64,000 nucleotides of DNA, taken from NCBI GenBank assembly GCA_044226015.1, contig JBGAHS010000008.1, positions 192,001-256,000 on the forward strand. Reading direction: 5' to 3'. The DNA comes from Candidatus Obscuribacteraceae bacterium (lineage in GTDB: Bacteria > Cyanobacteriota > Vampirovibrionia > Obscuribacterales > Obscuribacteraceae). Below are positions 25,944-37,900 of the stretch, one piece after another. Positions within the stretch are counted from its first letter, which is position 1. Every line of letters begins with the position of its first letter. The notes below the pieces were generated by a model. The model worked only from the letters and a program-made list of their open reading frames with translations. It was not told the origin of the DNA and searched no databases. The position numbers were made by a program, and so were the translations under genes.

Positions 25944-28900
25944 TTACTCTTGCGGAGCAAAAGCTGCCATACGTGGGCGAAGCACTTGCTGGAAGCGTTC
26001 GCTATCCTTTCTTACCTGAGACATAGCAGCAACCGTCTTGGCGATATGAGCTGAAAGTTTCTGCGCCTCTGTCTGTTTGGAATTGAACAACATACGCAAG
26101 GATTTTATTGAACCGAGCGCCGATGGAATCGAGAACTCCGCATTGAATGCCTTCAAACCATTGCCCAATTCAACAGAACTGATTCCGCGATAACCCACAG
26201 TTTCAATCGGGTTGATTTCGCCAAATTCCTTGACGTTGCTACCCGTTATTGCAAGATGGCGACCAGGGCTCAAAGTGATTGTCTTATGACCTGAGTGAAC
26301 TTTGACAGCATCTCTGTGTTGATCATCTAAACAGAAGACAGCGAGTCCTCTGGCGGAAGTGAACACGATTGCCACAGACTTCGCATCAATGTCGACCCGA
26401 CCGAATTGAGTCTCAATAGTCGTATCCTGGAACGGCGCAAACACGAATGTACCTGACTTGAGCGCAAGCATCTTTCTCTGGTTTGCAGCAGTAGTGACAC
26501 TCTTCAGTTGGCTTCCTGCAGAGCCGAGACCGAGCTCACGCTCGCTTGCAAGAGGAACCACGAAGCTGCCACTTTCGGACATGCTCGCTTCAAACGCTGG
26601 GGCACCAACTATGGTGCTTAAGCTTTCGCCTGCATTTGTGAGTTCTGTCTCTGTGACACCTCCATATAGAGTCTTCGGATTTGAGGGATTCACCAGAGCG
26701 TTGCTGCTTACAGGAATTGGCTCAATCCATTGCTTGCTGACACCTGGCGGAGCAGCGAAGCTAACACTGGAAACACTGGGACTTACAAGAGAAACTGAGG
26801 TCTCAGCAACCTTGCTCGAGCTTGCGTATGTTGGAGCCACGAAAGCTGCTGTCGAGGTCTTTGAGCCAGCAGACAAAGTAGCAACGCTCAAAGTTGGTGC
26901 GCTGAGAACAGCAGGTGGATCTGCAGTAATGTTCAAGCTGCCACCCAGAGTGATGGTTCCCTTGCTGCCAGATTGGAACTGAATAGCAGTATTGCCAATG
27001 ACAGCCAGGTTGTTGTTGGTTCCATTCACTACAAATGTATTGTTTGTGCCCCAATAGACTTTATTGTTCGGTCCAGTTGCACCAGAGAGGTCGACGTTAA
27101 TGACTGGAGCCGAAGCCGGCTGAGTACCAGCAGAAGGTGCTGGTACTGTCGAACCAACCACGATAGTGACCTGTCCGGGAAGTGGGAATGTGCTACCTGT
27201 CTTAGGAGTCGTCACCTCGGTGCTGATGCTACTGTTGGCACCAAGAACGATGCCAGCGCCGGCGGCGTCAGCCTTCTCTTGCAGGGTGACTTTCGCCGCA
27301 GTGCCCTTGGAAATGATGCTTCCATTCAGGGTTAATAAGCCTGCTGTCTGGATGATGGAAACTGCACCAGTACCAGCAGCACTACTCGTGTCAATCGCTC
27401 CATTGAAGGTCGATTTATTGGCGCTTGCAACGCTTATGGAAGAACCACTAATATTGCCATAAGCAGCCCCTGTGGTGGTGTTGCTGTAGCTGTTACTGAG
27501 ATTCACGGCACCACCTGTAGTGGCGGAGACGAGATTGGGAGTATTTAACTTGAGAGCAGCTGTGCTACTTCCCTGAATGGCTCCCGTCGTGCTCGTCAGG
27601 GTAACCTGACCAGAACCAGCCTTGCTGCTGATAGTCGCGGTACCGTTGATATCACCATTCACTGTCGTTATAGAGACTGAATTGGTGTTGACTGCACCCC
27701 CCAAAGTGCCGCCCTTCAATGTCACGGATGCAACTCCAGTTGTGCTAATTGCGATACTCTCAGCGTTGACCAGGGTCGGCGTGACGGTGAGGTTGCTAGC
27801 AGAGCTCATCGTGAATGTATTGCCAGCTCCAGCAGTATTAGCAGTCGATAGTGTAACAGGTGCAGAACCAACGCTATTCAGATTAATCGTTCCCGTCGTA
27901 GCTGCAGAGACAGAGCTAGTGTTAAGGTTCAACGCAGTCGCTAGCAGCGTACCGGTTCCAATAGCACCAGAACCTGAACCTAGAGTGACAGTCTTAGCAC
28001 TTATCGTGCCCGAGCTGTCCGTGATGTTCCCGCTGCCAATGGCTGTAAGTTTGATGGTTCCCGACGTACTACTAGTGGACACGTTGCCATTCAAAGCAAT
28101 TGAAGCATTTCCTTTATTGTTTTGTATCGTCACGGCGGTCACAGCCTGGACAGGTCCTGTCACAGTGGTTGAACTACCTGAGTTAGTCACAGTGACACTT
28201 GTCCCAGCAGCAGTCAGCGCACCCAGAGTGAGGGGAACGCTCGTAGCTGACTGAGTGACAGTTATGACTCCCTTTGTGCCGAGAGATTGCAAGGCACCTG
28301 TCACTGTGGCACCCTTGCTCACGATTGCGAGTGAACCATTACTAGCAGTCACATTGTTGAGAGTTAGAGCACCAGTGCTTGTCACGCTCACCGTAGTAGC
28401 AGCACTAATGTTCATGCCAAACCCAAAGCTTGTGCTTGGTGTTGTTGAACCAGTTTCTGTAATCTTGACGGCGCCCGTGCTCGCGCTGACGGAACCGTTG
28501 AACAGGACTGAGCCTGTCGGCTTCAGGGTCACGGTCACAGAGCTTCCACTTAAGTTACCGAAGCTTGCGGTGCCGCCAGTTGTCTGAGTTATCGAGATAA
28601 CACCGGAAGGAGTGCTAACAGAATTCAGAGCAATATTCCCTGAGCCACTCAGAGTGACTGCACCGTTGGCTACGATATTTCCGGCAACAGTGGTGCTAGC
28701 AGCACCTGTTATGGAGATGGCTCCAAGTTTACTTGCGGTCAAACCGTTCGCTGTAATATTGGAAGCAAACGTGTTGTTTCCAGCTAGCTTGAAGGTCAAG
28801 TTACTACCCTTCACTGCACCGAAGTTAGACGGACCAGCACCTGTGTAAGAGATGCTTCCGCTGGTAACCAGGTTACTCACCTGAGTAGTTCCCTTGTTGG

Positions 28901-31900
28901 AACTACTGATGTTAATTACACCACTAGAGGTGCTAATGCCCAGCGTTCCGGTTGTGAGCTTCACTGGTGAGGATGAACTTCCAATAGAGCCGGTACCAAC
29001 AGAACTGCTCAAGAGAATTGAACCCGAAGACTGGGTACTGAGAGTGCCCTTGCTGACGATGCTTCCACTAGCAGTGCCCAGGTTGATTGAAGCAGTGCTG
29101 CTGGTGTTGCCCAGGGAACCGTTGACGGTCAAAACACCAGTGCCGCCAGCAGTGAGGATCACAGATGTAGCTCCAGTGACCGAAGGAGTGAAGGTCAGAC
29201 CATTAGCTGAGCGCACGGTCAAGCTGCTGCCAGTGGTCTTCGCTGCGGAGATTGTGATTCCCGTAGTACCACTCAGACCAAGGTTATTGATATTGATCAA
29301 GCCGCTTGTGTTGGCGGAGAGGGTTCCTGCGCGTACCGTTATAGCGGAGGAGGTGCTGGTACCAGTGCCGACTTGTCCACCCGTACCAGTCGTGAGAGTC
29401 ACAGTCTTGCCCTGAATCACTCCACTGCCAGTAATAACACCAGTCCCCGTAGCGGTCAGCGTCACAGTGCCGCTAGTCGAGCCAGTGAGATTGCCATTGA
29501 GGATGATGTCACCATTTGTACCAGCCGATTTGAGCGTTATGCTGGAACCAGCAAGAGCACCGTTGGCAGTTATAGAGCCGCCATTGTTGGTGACACTTAA
29601 GGTGCCGCCAACTGCAGAGGCATTCAATGTAAGCGGCGAGACACCCGTTACTTTATTGGTTATCGACACAACAGCTTTGCTGTTGGATGCTGTATTGACT
29701 GAAACAGTATTTGCCACAGTGCTTGCGCTGATAGCACCAGTTCCGCCAACGAAGTCTACAGTAGCAGCGCTTAACAGATTGGATCCCGGAGAGATAGCAC
29801 CTGTTCCACCAGCGATAAGCTTGATGCTCGTCGTTGAACCGGCCGTGCCAATCGCCTTGCCTATGGAAATCGTACCGGCTGCAGCGCCAGTGGTATCGAA
29901 TGTCACGTTGCTAACCGCTGTCAGAGCCTGAGCTGAGCTTGTGATTCCGCCACCCTTGTTTGTTACAGTGATGGATCCGTTTGCGGCACCATTTCCGGCA
30001 ACACTCAAGCTTCCCTTAGTACCATTCTTGGCGCTCGACGAGTTGATGATGAATGCTGTTTTGCTGTTGGAATTGAGTGTGATGTCGCCACCCTTGCTAC
30101 CGACTCCGTTGCCAGCAGAGTTGAGGGCTCCATTGACCAACAAATTGCCCGTGCTGACAGCACCAGCAGTCAGTACATAGCTGGCACCATTACCCTGTCC
30201 ACTCGTCAGAACCAAAGTGGACGCTGGGTCGAATGTCAGGTCGCCACCGTTGCTGATGATGGCTGTACCCTGATTGGAGCCACCAATCATCAACTGAAGT
30301 CCGCTGCTAGGGAAGGCAGTAGTCTCTCCGCGCACGTACCCAGCAGCGCCACCACTGCCACCAGAAATGCCACTAGCATCGAGTACGTAAGTGGTCGGTA
30401 AACCGACGCCACCGATTATTATAGTTCCGCCGTTTCCTGATGCATCGCGACGCGGTGTAATGCCACCGCTCGGCAGTCCGCTTATGCTACCAGTGCCAGC
30501 CAGAATGGTCAGGCTGTGTGCAGAATCACCAAGCGAAGCGGGGGCACCAGTAAGCGTGATGCTGCCATCGGTTTGCAGACTCACCGCACCAGAGTCAAGC
30601 GCCTGGGTGATGAGGTTAGTCGTTATAGCACCCTTGCTCAATGAAACAGAGAAGTCGCCGCCACCATTCAATGTAATTGCGTTAGCAGAGCTGAAGCTAC
30701 CGTTGCCCTGGACGAGAGATACATTATATGTATTGCTCAGAGTCAAGGTACCTGATACAACCACGCCACCAGTCGCAGTATTAGAGCCAAGTACCAGTGT
30801 ACCAGCCGTTATTCCGTTCAACTCTGTATTGCCAAAGTTCAATCCAGTTCCTGCTGTTCCACCGCTTCCAACTAACGTTATGACTTGCGAATTAGTTGCA
30901 GGCGCGATCGTCACGGTGCCGCTGCCAGCGTTGAGAGGATTTGCACCAGAGAGCGTGTACTGGTCAACAGTAATGTTTATCGGGCTGTTGCTCGAACTAA
31001 TCTGGAAGCCAGCATTTGAGAATGTATTGCCAGCACCAACTTTCACAGTGACGCCTGCAGCCGCGCTCAATGCGCTACTCAAAGTTAGATTGCCAGCATT
31101 CGTGATAGAGAAGCTTCCACTTGCACCACTTGCTGTTCCGTTCAATTGAAGTACGCCAGTATTAGTGATGCTGACACTGCTGTTCGCGGCACCGGAAGCG
31201 CTTACTTGGAGTGTTCCAGTGATTGCGGAATTGAGATTGACGCTGCCTCCGTTGGCAGCGAGTGTGACATCACTACCACCGACCACGCCAGCGCCAGAGC
31301 TGCTCAGGTCGCCAGCAAGGCTTGTCAGCGAGACCTGGTTGCTGCCAGTTCCGACAGTACCGCTGACAGCGATAGAGCCTGCACTGACGTTGACTTGTGG
31401 AGCATTAATGCTGCCTAGACTTGCACTTCCTCCAGCACCACCCACGATGCTAATATTGGTATCGCTGCTGCTCAGCGTTTGTCCGACTGTCGAAACAGAA
31501 CCGGTGCTGCCACCAGCAAGTAACGAGAGGTTGTACTTGCCAGAGACATCAAGGTTTGCTCCGAGCGTTATGGTGCTCAGTAAGGTTGCGGAACCGATAG
31601 TCACTGACTTGGCACTGACTGTATTCAAAGTAGCAGCGGAGACATTGAGTCCAACGCCAGTCGAAAGTAGATTGATAGGCAGATTCTGATTGAACGGAGC
31701 AATTGAAACTGTTCCATTAGCGCCCGCATTTATGCTGCCTGTTCCGCTGAAGGCATCAGCGGTCAGCGAAATAGCAGAGTTTGTGCTGCTGAAATTAAAT
31801 GCACCGTAGTCCAGAGTGCTGCCGAGTGAATTCAGATTTACCAGAATTCCACCAGGCGCAGCGATGTTCGAAGCGAGCTTCACGTTGCCAGCATTGGTCA

Positions 31901-34900
31901 GATTGAAAGCACCGCCTACAGCAGCAACAGTGAGAGAACTTAAATCACCATCGTTAGTGATGCTAATGTCAGCACCAGTTCCGCTGGATGAAGCGCTCAT
32001 CACGCCATTCACGTTTGTGACTGCATTCAGCTTGCCATTGCTTGCTGACATAGTTAGGGATGCGGCTGTCACAGTACCGCTCACCGTGAGGTCACCATTC
32101 GTGGATGACAACTTGGTGGTGTCAGTAATAGAGCCGAAGCTAGCACTTATTGCAAGCGAACCGCCAGTGAGCTGTATAGAGCTGCCATTGCTCAGCACTG
32201 ATGAGAACGAAGCAGTCCCGCCTACTGTCGCGGTCAAGGAGTTGCTGCCGACGTTTATAGCGGACGAAGCATTCAGACCACCAGTAGAGCCTTGATTCAG
32301 CTGAAGATTGTAGAGACCAGATACATCTAATACCGCATTGATATTGATGCCACCATTATTAGAGCTAGAACCGACAACCAGTGTGCCAGCCTTTATACTC
32401 TGCAATTCGGCCGTGCTCAAATTCAAGCCAGCACCAGCAATTCCAAGCGTTATTGCTTGACTTGAAGATGCCGCAGAAATCGAAACAGTGCCTGCTCCAG
32501 CATCAATGACTCCCGTACCGAGCACGAGATCATCAGCGCTAATAGAGATTGGGCTTGTTGTACTTACTAGTGAATTAGAACCAATGTTCAAGGTTCCTGT
32601 GCTGGAGATTGTTATCCCTCCAGGTGCAGCTACACCAGAGCTGAGTGTCAAATCTCCGGTGTTGTTGAAGGTGAAGCTTCCACCTACCGTTGTCGTCAGG
32701 CTAGACAGGGCGCTGGCGTTGTTCACAGTGATGTTACCTGTTGCAGATAGCACCATGCTGTTGCTTACATTAGTCAACAAACTGATGTTGCCGCCATTTG
32801 CATTTGCATTCAATGAAGAAGCTGTGATGACACCAGAACTTGAGGCACTTGCGCCACTAATGGTTACCGCAGCCGAGCCGGTAGAGACGGCGCCAACGGA
32901 CACTACTCCAGCCTGGGTTCCAGGCAAGAATGTTCCACCAGTGACCACACCATCTATGACATGCATCGCACCTGGAGAGGTGTTGGACAGCACGGCAGAG
33001 CTTGCTGAATTGAGGACTACAGCACCGCCATTGGTCGCGAGAATTGAGCTGCTGTTGATGTCACCAGTGCTGATTCCGTTGCCGATGATAGTTACTTTTC
33101 CGCCGGTTCCAGTACCACCAGAGGTATCAACATTTCCTATCTTCACAGAGCCGCCGTTTGCAACAGCAAAGAAGGAACCACCACTGTCTGAACCACTGGT
33201 AGTGAAGTTGACGTTCGGAACGTTAATGGAACCACTTCCACTATTTGGAGAGCTCAGCGTATAGTCAATATTATTTGGTCCTATAGTTCCAGATGTTGTT
33301 GGCGTGAAGTTGAAGCCAGCAATCAGGGTGAGGTCGCCGCCAGTGCCGCCAACGTTGGCAAGACTGATTGTCAAATTACCACCGCTGTTAATGATGTCTG
33401 TTGCGGAAAGTATAGCGATCGGTCCAGCAAAGCTTATCTTGGTCAGATTCCCCAAATCAATCGGTCCGGTGCTGTTCGCAATCGTACCAGTGAAAGCACC
33501 TGTGATAGAAAGCGTTGAATTCGGATTTGTAGTCTTGTGAATATCGAACTGCGATGGGTTACCAAAGAACTTACCGAGAGTCAAATTCACATGAGTGTAA
33601 TCATTCGGGAAGTCGTAGGTGGTGCCGTTCGTAATCGTTATAGAAGAATTTGGACCACCAGCGGCGGTGAAATTCACATCGCCACCAGGAGAACTGCCAG
33701 TTCCTACAAAGAATGTTTGATTGCCTGGTCCCAAAATCATACTCGGATGAACACCGGTATTGTCGGTGGCATTAAAGTTCATCTGTTGACCAGCAGCAAT
33801 TTTGAAGCTACCGCTGCCGTTGCCGGTAAGAAGCAAGTCTTGCCCTGGCGCAGTATCCACAGTGATGCCGCCAGTTGTGGCGACAATTGCCCCCGAGTTG
33901 CTGAGAACCATTTGCTGACTGCCAGAGCCATTCACCGTAGTGCCAAGCAATGTCACTGAGCTACCCGATAGAGTACCGCTTGCAAGAACGCTTATCTTAT
34001 CAGCACTCAATGTCACCGCATTTGTTGCAGAAACCGTACCTATATTCAGTGTAGAATTTCCGCTCAACTTAAAGGTGTTTGCAACAAGACCATCTACACG
34101 ATTAGCAGATACAGCGAGGTCGACACTTCCGCCGGTGGAGTTCAGGGTGAGCAGGTCAGCCGTGACTCGACCTGTTCCATTAATGTCACCTGAAGCTGAC
34201 TGCAAAGTAGTTGTATCCGTGGCAGAACCAAAGTCCACCGTGCTTGTGATGCTGTCACCATTGACGATGACCTTCGCAGCACTGCTGCTGATACCACCGA
34301 GGGTGACGGCTCCAGTCGAAGAAATGGTCAAATCCTTCGAGCCAATCGTGAGCGTATGCCCATCAGTATGTAATGCACCACCAGCTTGGAGAGTCAAGTC
34401 GTATCTCGAAGACAGATCATAATCTGAAGCTACTGTCAGCGACGCAGTATTGCTGAGAGAACCGACGATAAGCTTAGATGCAGTAATCGAATTGAGCAGC
34501 CCGGTGCTGAGGTCGAGTCCCCCCGCGCTTCCTGCAAATGTGACAGGTGAAGTGAGCGCACTGAATGTCACCGTGGCTGAGCCGGCATCGATAGGACCGG
34601 TTCCTGTAAAGTGATCGCTAACGATGCTGATATCAGAATTAGTGCTGCTTATCTTAAAACCATTTTCGTTGAAAGTATTTCCAGCGCTCAAAGACAGATC
34701 CAAGCCATTAGCAGCGAACAGCGCGGACGATAATGTCACGCCGCCATCATTCGTCAGGGTCAACTTGCCAGCACTGTTGCCAGAGAAGGCTGTCAGCGTT
34801 CCTACATTATTCACGGTAGCGTCGCCATTGCTACCCAAAGTGATGCTACCGCTGACAGCAGACTTGAAGTTTGCTTTTCCAGCACTGCTCACTTGCAGAT

Positions 34901-37900
34901 CAGCGCTGGTTAAGACGCCGGCAGTCTGTGCGATATCGGCGCTAGTGCTAGTCAACGTGAGTGTTGAACTACCCGCTAGATTGATGTTCTGATTTAGTGT
35001 GATTGAAGTAGCCTTGACGGAGACAGTGTTAGCAGAACCGCTAATCGTCTGCAGTGAAGCTGTGCTGCCCGACTCGATGTTCAGGTTATTAGCACCCATG
35101 GACAAGCTGCTTCCAGAGTTCATGGTCACAGCACCAGCATTGTATAGATTGAGAGCATAGGTCGGACTCAAACTACCGTAGAAGGTCAGGCTTCCTGTGC
35201 TGGTCTTATTACCAATGGTCACGCTCGAAGCATTAGTGATGTTGCTCATCAAATCGTTGCTAACAACGAAGGTCTCAGCGGTCGAACCATTCACCCCAAT
35301 GCTTTGATTTGCATTTGGCTGAATCAACACCGTTGAACCGCCAGCATTGACTGAAGACCCAGTCTTAAGTCCCAGTGAATTAGAGCTGAGTGAAACGCCA
35401 CCGCTGCCAGATTTAAGCGCTACTGCAACAGAGCTGTTGATCGCTCCAGAGGACACGGCATTGATACTGATAGAAGCACCGCTCACGTCACCAGACAGAG
35501 TCACATCACCAGAGCTCAGGGTATTCAGGACCACAGCACCGTTGCTGCTCACGGCACCGACTGCAACACCACCAGTGCTGGAGATAACCGTGACCTTGCC
35601 ATCACCTTGAACAGAGCCGATAGATACGCCAGATGCAGTACTGCTGCTGCCATCACTTGTTCCGATGAGAACAGATCCTGCCGTGGAGACTGCCGCGATT
35701 CCACTAATTGTGCCAGAAGCTATATTGATGAGGATGTCACCGCTGCCAGAGGCAACCTTAGCACCTGTACCGTCAATCTGATTGTTGCTGGCAGTGATAC
35801 TTATCTTGCTCGCAGCAGTCGCGTTGATGTCTCCATTGAGTGAAACACCATTAGTACCGCTAATGGTGATTGCTCCACTGCTCGCATTGATGTCTCCAAC
35901 GCTTACGAGCTTAGCACTCACATCGAGCTTGTTAGGTCCAACGCTGAGAGAAAACGCAGAGGTGTCAACCGTTCCAGCACTCTGAATTGTTAGATTCATT
36001 GAACCATTCTGAGTTCCAGCAGCTGCCAGCCCCGAATTCAACGAGCCACCTAGATTAACGGTGCCCGTGTAGCTGGTCGAATTTCCAACTTGCAGATTTT
36101 GTGCGCGAATTTGGTTCAATTGAGATTGGCTCAGATACGCACCCCCCAGGTCAACTGCAAGGTTATTGGTGCTGGGCGTGAATGTCACGTTGCCTGTATT
36201 GCCGGCATCAATCAATGTCGGCGTTGCTGCCCAGGAATTGAGCGAGTCAGCGTGAATATCAATGTTGCCAGAGCTATTTCTGATTATCGCTGCGTCCAAT
36301 TGCAAGTTATTGGCCACATTGAGTTGAATGTCGCCATCAGAACTGATTCCAGACGCGGTCAAAGAGCCTACACTCACTCCACTACCGACAAGCAGGTCGC
36401 CGGTGCTGGTAAGATTGGTGACAGCGGACGCACCAGTGGCACTGCTTGCAAGCGTCGTCGAAGCAGAGTCCAGAGTTAGCGGAGTCGCAGAAGTACCGAG
36501 AGAGGTGCCGAGCAAAATCACCTCCGGAGCAGCAAGCTTACCTGCACCAGCTGAGCTTGCTGTGATGCTTCCATCGATGGCATCGATACCGATTCCAGAA
36601 GTAGAGCTGACGGCTGTCACGCCGGAGAGTATCACGCCATGCGCACTGACAGTCACATCTCCATTTGAGCTGATGATTCCTTTTATAGAGTTGGCAGCAG
36701 CACTCGATGAATTCAGGTTCAAATTGGAAGCAGCCGAGCTAAGTTTTACAAACGCCGCTCCATTGCCAACGCTGGTGTTATTGATTGCGCCATCAACCTC
36801 AATCGTGCTGCCACTTGAGCCAACAGTGACATTGCCACCAGAAGCGGCTCCAGATGAAGCGTCCAGTCCTCCGTTGACAGTCACAGCGCCCGCAGCCGTC
36901 AAACTGATGTCAGCCCCAGAAACGCTAAGACTGCTTGTAGTGATAGCGCCTGTGAGCACCGATGCAGCGCTTGAGTTGAGACTGACAGCACCACCATCAG
37001 TGGTGACAGCAGCAGCGCTCGCACTGCTACCCTTCAGGTCTACTCCATTCTTAGAATCGATGGATACGGACTGCCCCGTTACAGAGGACAAGTCAATCGC
37101 AGCACCAGACAAATCAATGGTTGTCTTACCGATAGCGCTGATATCGAGACTGCCACCGGCGCTAGAAAGGTTGCCACCAGTTGTCTTAAGAGAGACATCC
37201 GCTAGGGAGTTCAAGGTTCCAGCATTACTGCCCATAGCGATAGAGCCAGCATTCACACCGATGGAATTTGCATCAACAGCTCCATTCAATGTGACATTGC
37301 CATTGCTGATGACATTTGAAGCGGAGAGGCTACCCTTAATGATGGTGCCATTGCCTATCATGACTGGTCCGTTGTTAAGTACCGGAGCCGCAGTCGTGAT
37401 GGAGAGATTTCCTGAGCTGCTGCCGCCAGTGAGCGTCGCAGATCCGACAGCGACACCTGTCTCACCAACAAGGGTGACGGAGCCACCTGCGCCTGCAAGT
37501 CCCTGCCCGACAGCCGTAATATCACCCAGGTTGACACTACCTTTGCTGGCATAAGCCTGCACAGAACCAGCATTGCCACCACCAGCGAAGCCACTGGTGT
37601 TCACATCGACATTAGCTAGATCGACACTACCAGTGCCGGCTGAACCCAAGGTGTAAACGGTGTTGTTGAATTGATAAGGAGCGGCAGCATTCGGACTGAA
37701 GTTGAAACCAGCAACCAACAACAAAGAGCCACCATCCGGATTTAGCGCATCACCAGAGAGGTCAATTGTGTCAGACGCGTTGGTGTCGATGATATCTCCA
37801 GCAGACAGAATAGCCAGACTCTGACCGTTGAACACGAGTCCGCCAACATTCTTCAAATCTAGCGCGCCACCAGTATTGTTAGCAATCGTACCGGCGCCAG

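Noticed and set aside
25772..25960. 62-aa ORF overlapping the gene B stop and the small gene
   Set aside because: Overlaps two better-supported CDSs in another frame and has no recognisable features.
24860..26477. CdiA-type polymorphic toxin tips or autotransporter barrels
   Set aside because: The two C-termini are conserved with each other, there is no VENN-type junction or nuclease motif, and they are too short and lack a terminal aromatic residue for a barrel.
18430..33850. Inversion/shufflon swapping the 3' ends of the inverted paralogues
   Set aside because: Even the best-conserved protein blocks differ at most synonymous sites, and I saw no recombinase gene or identical crossover sites.
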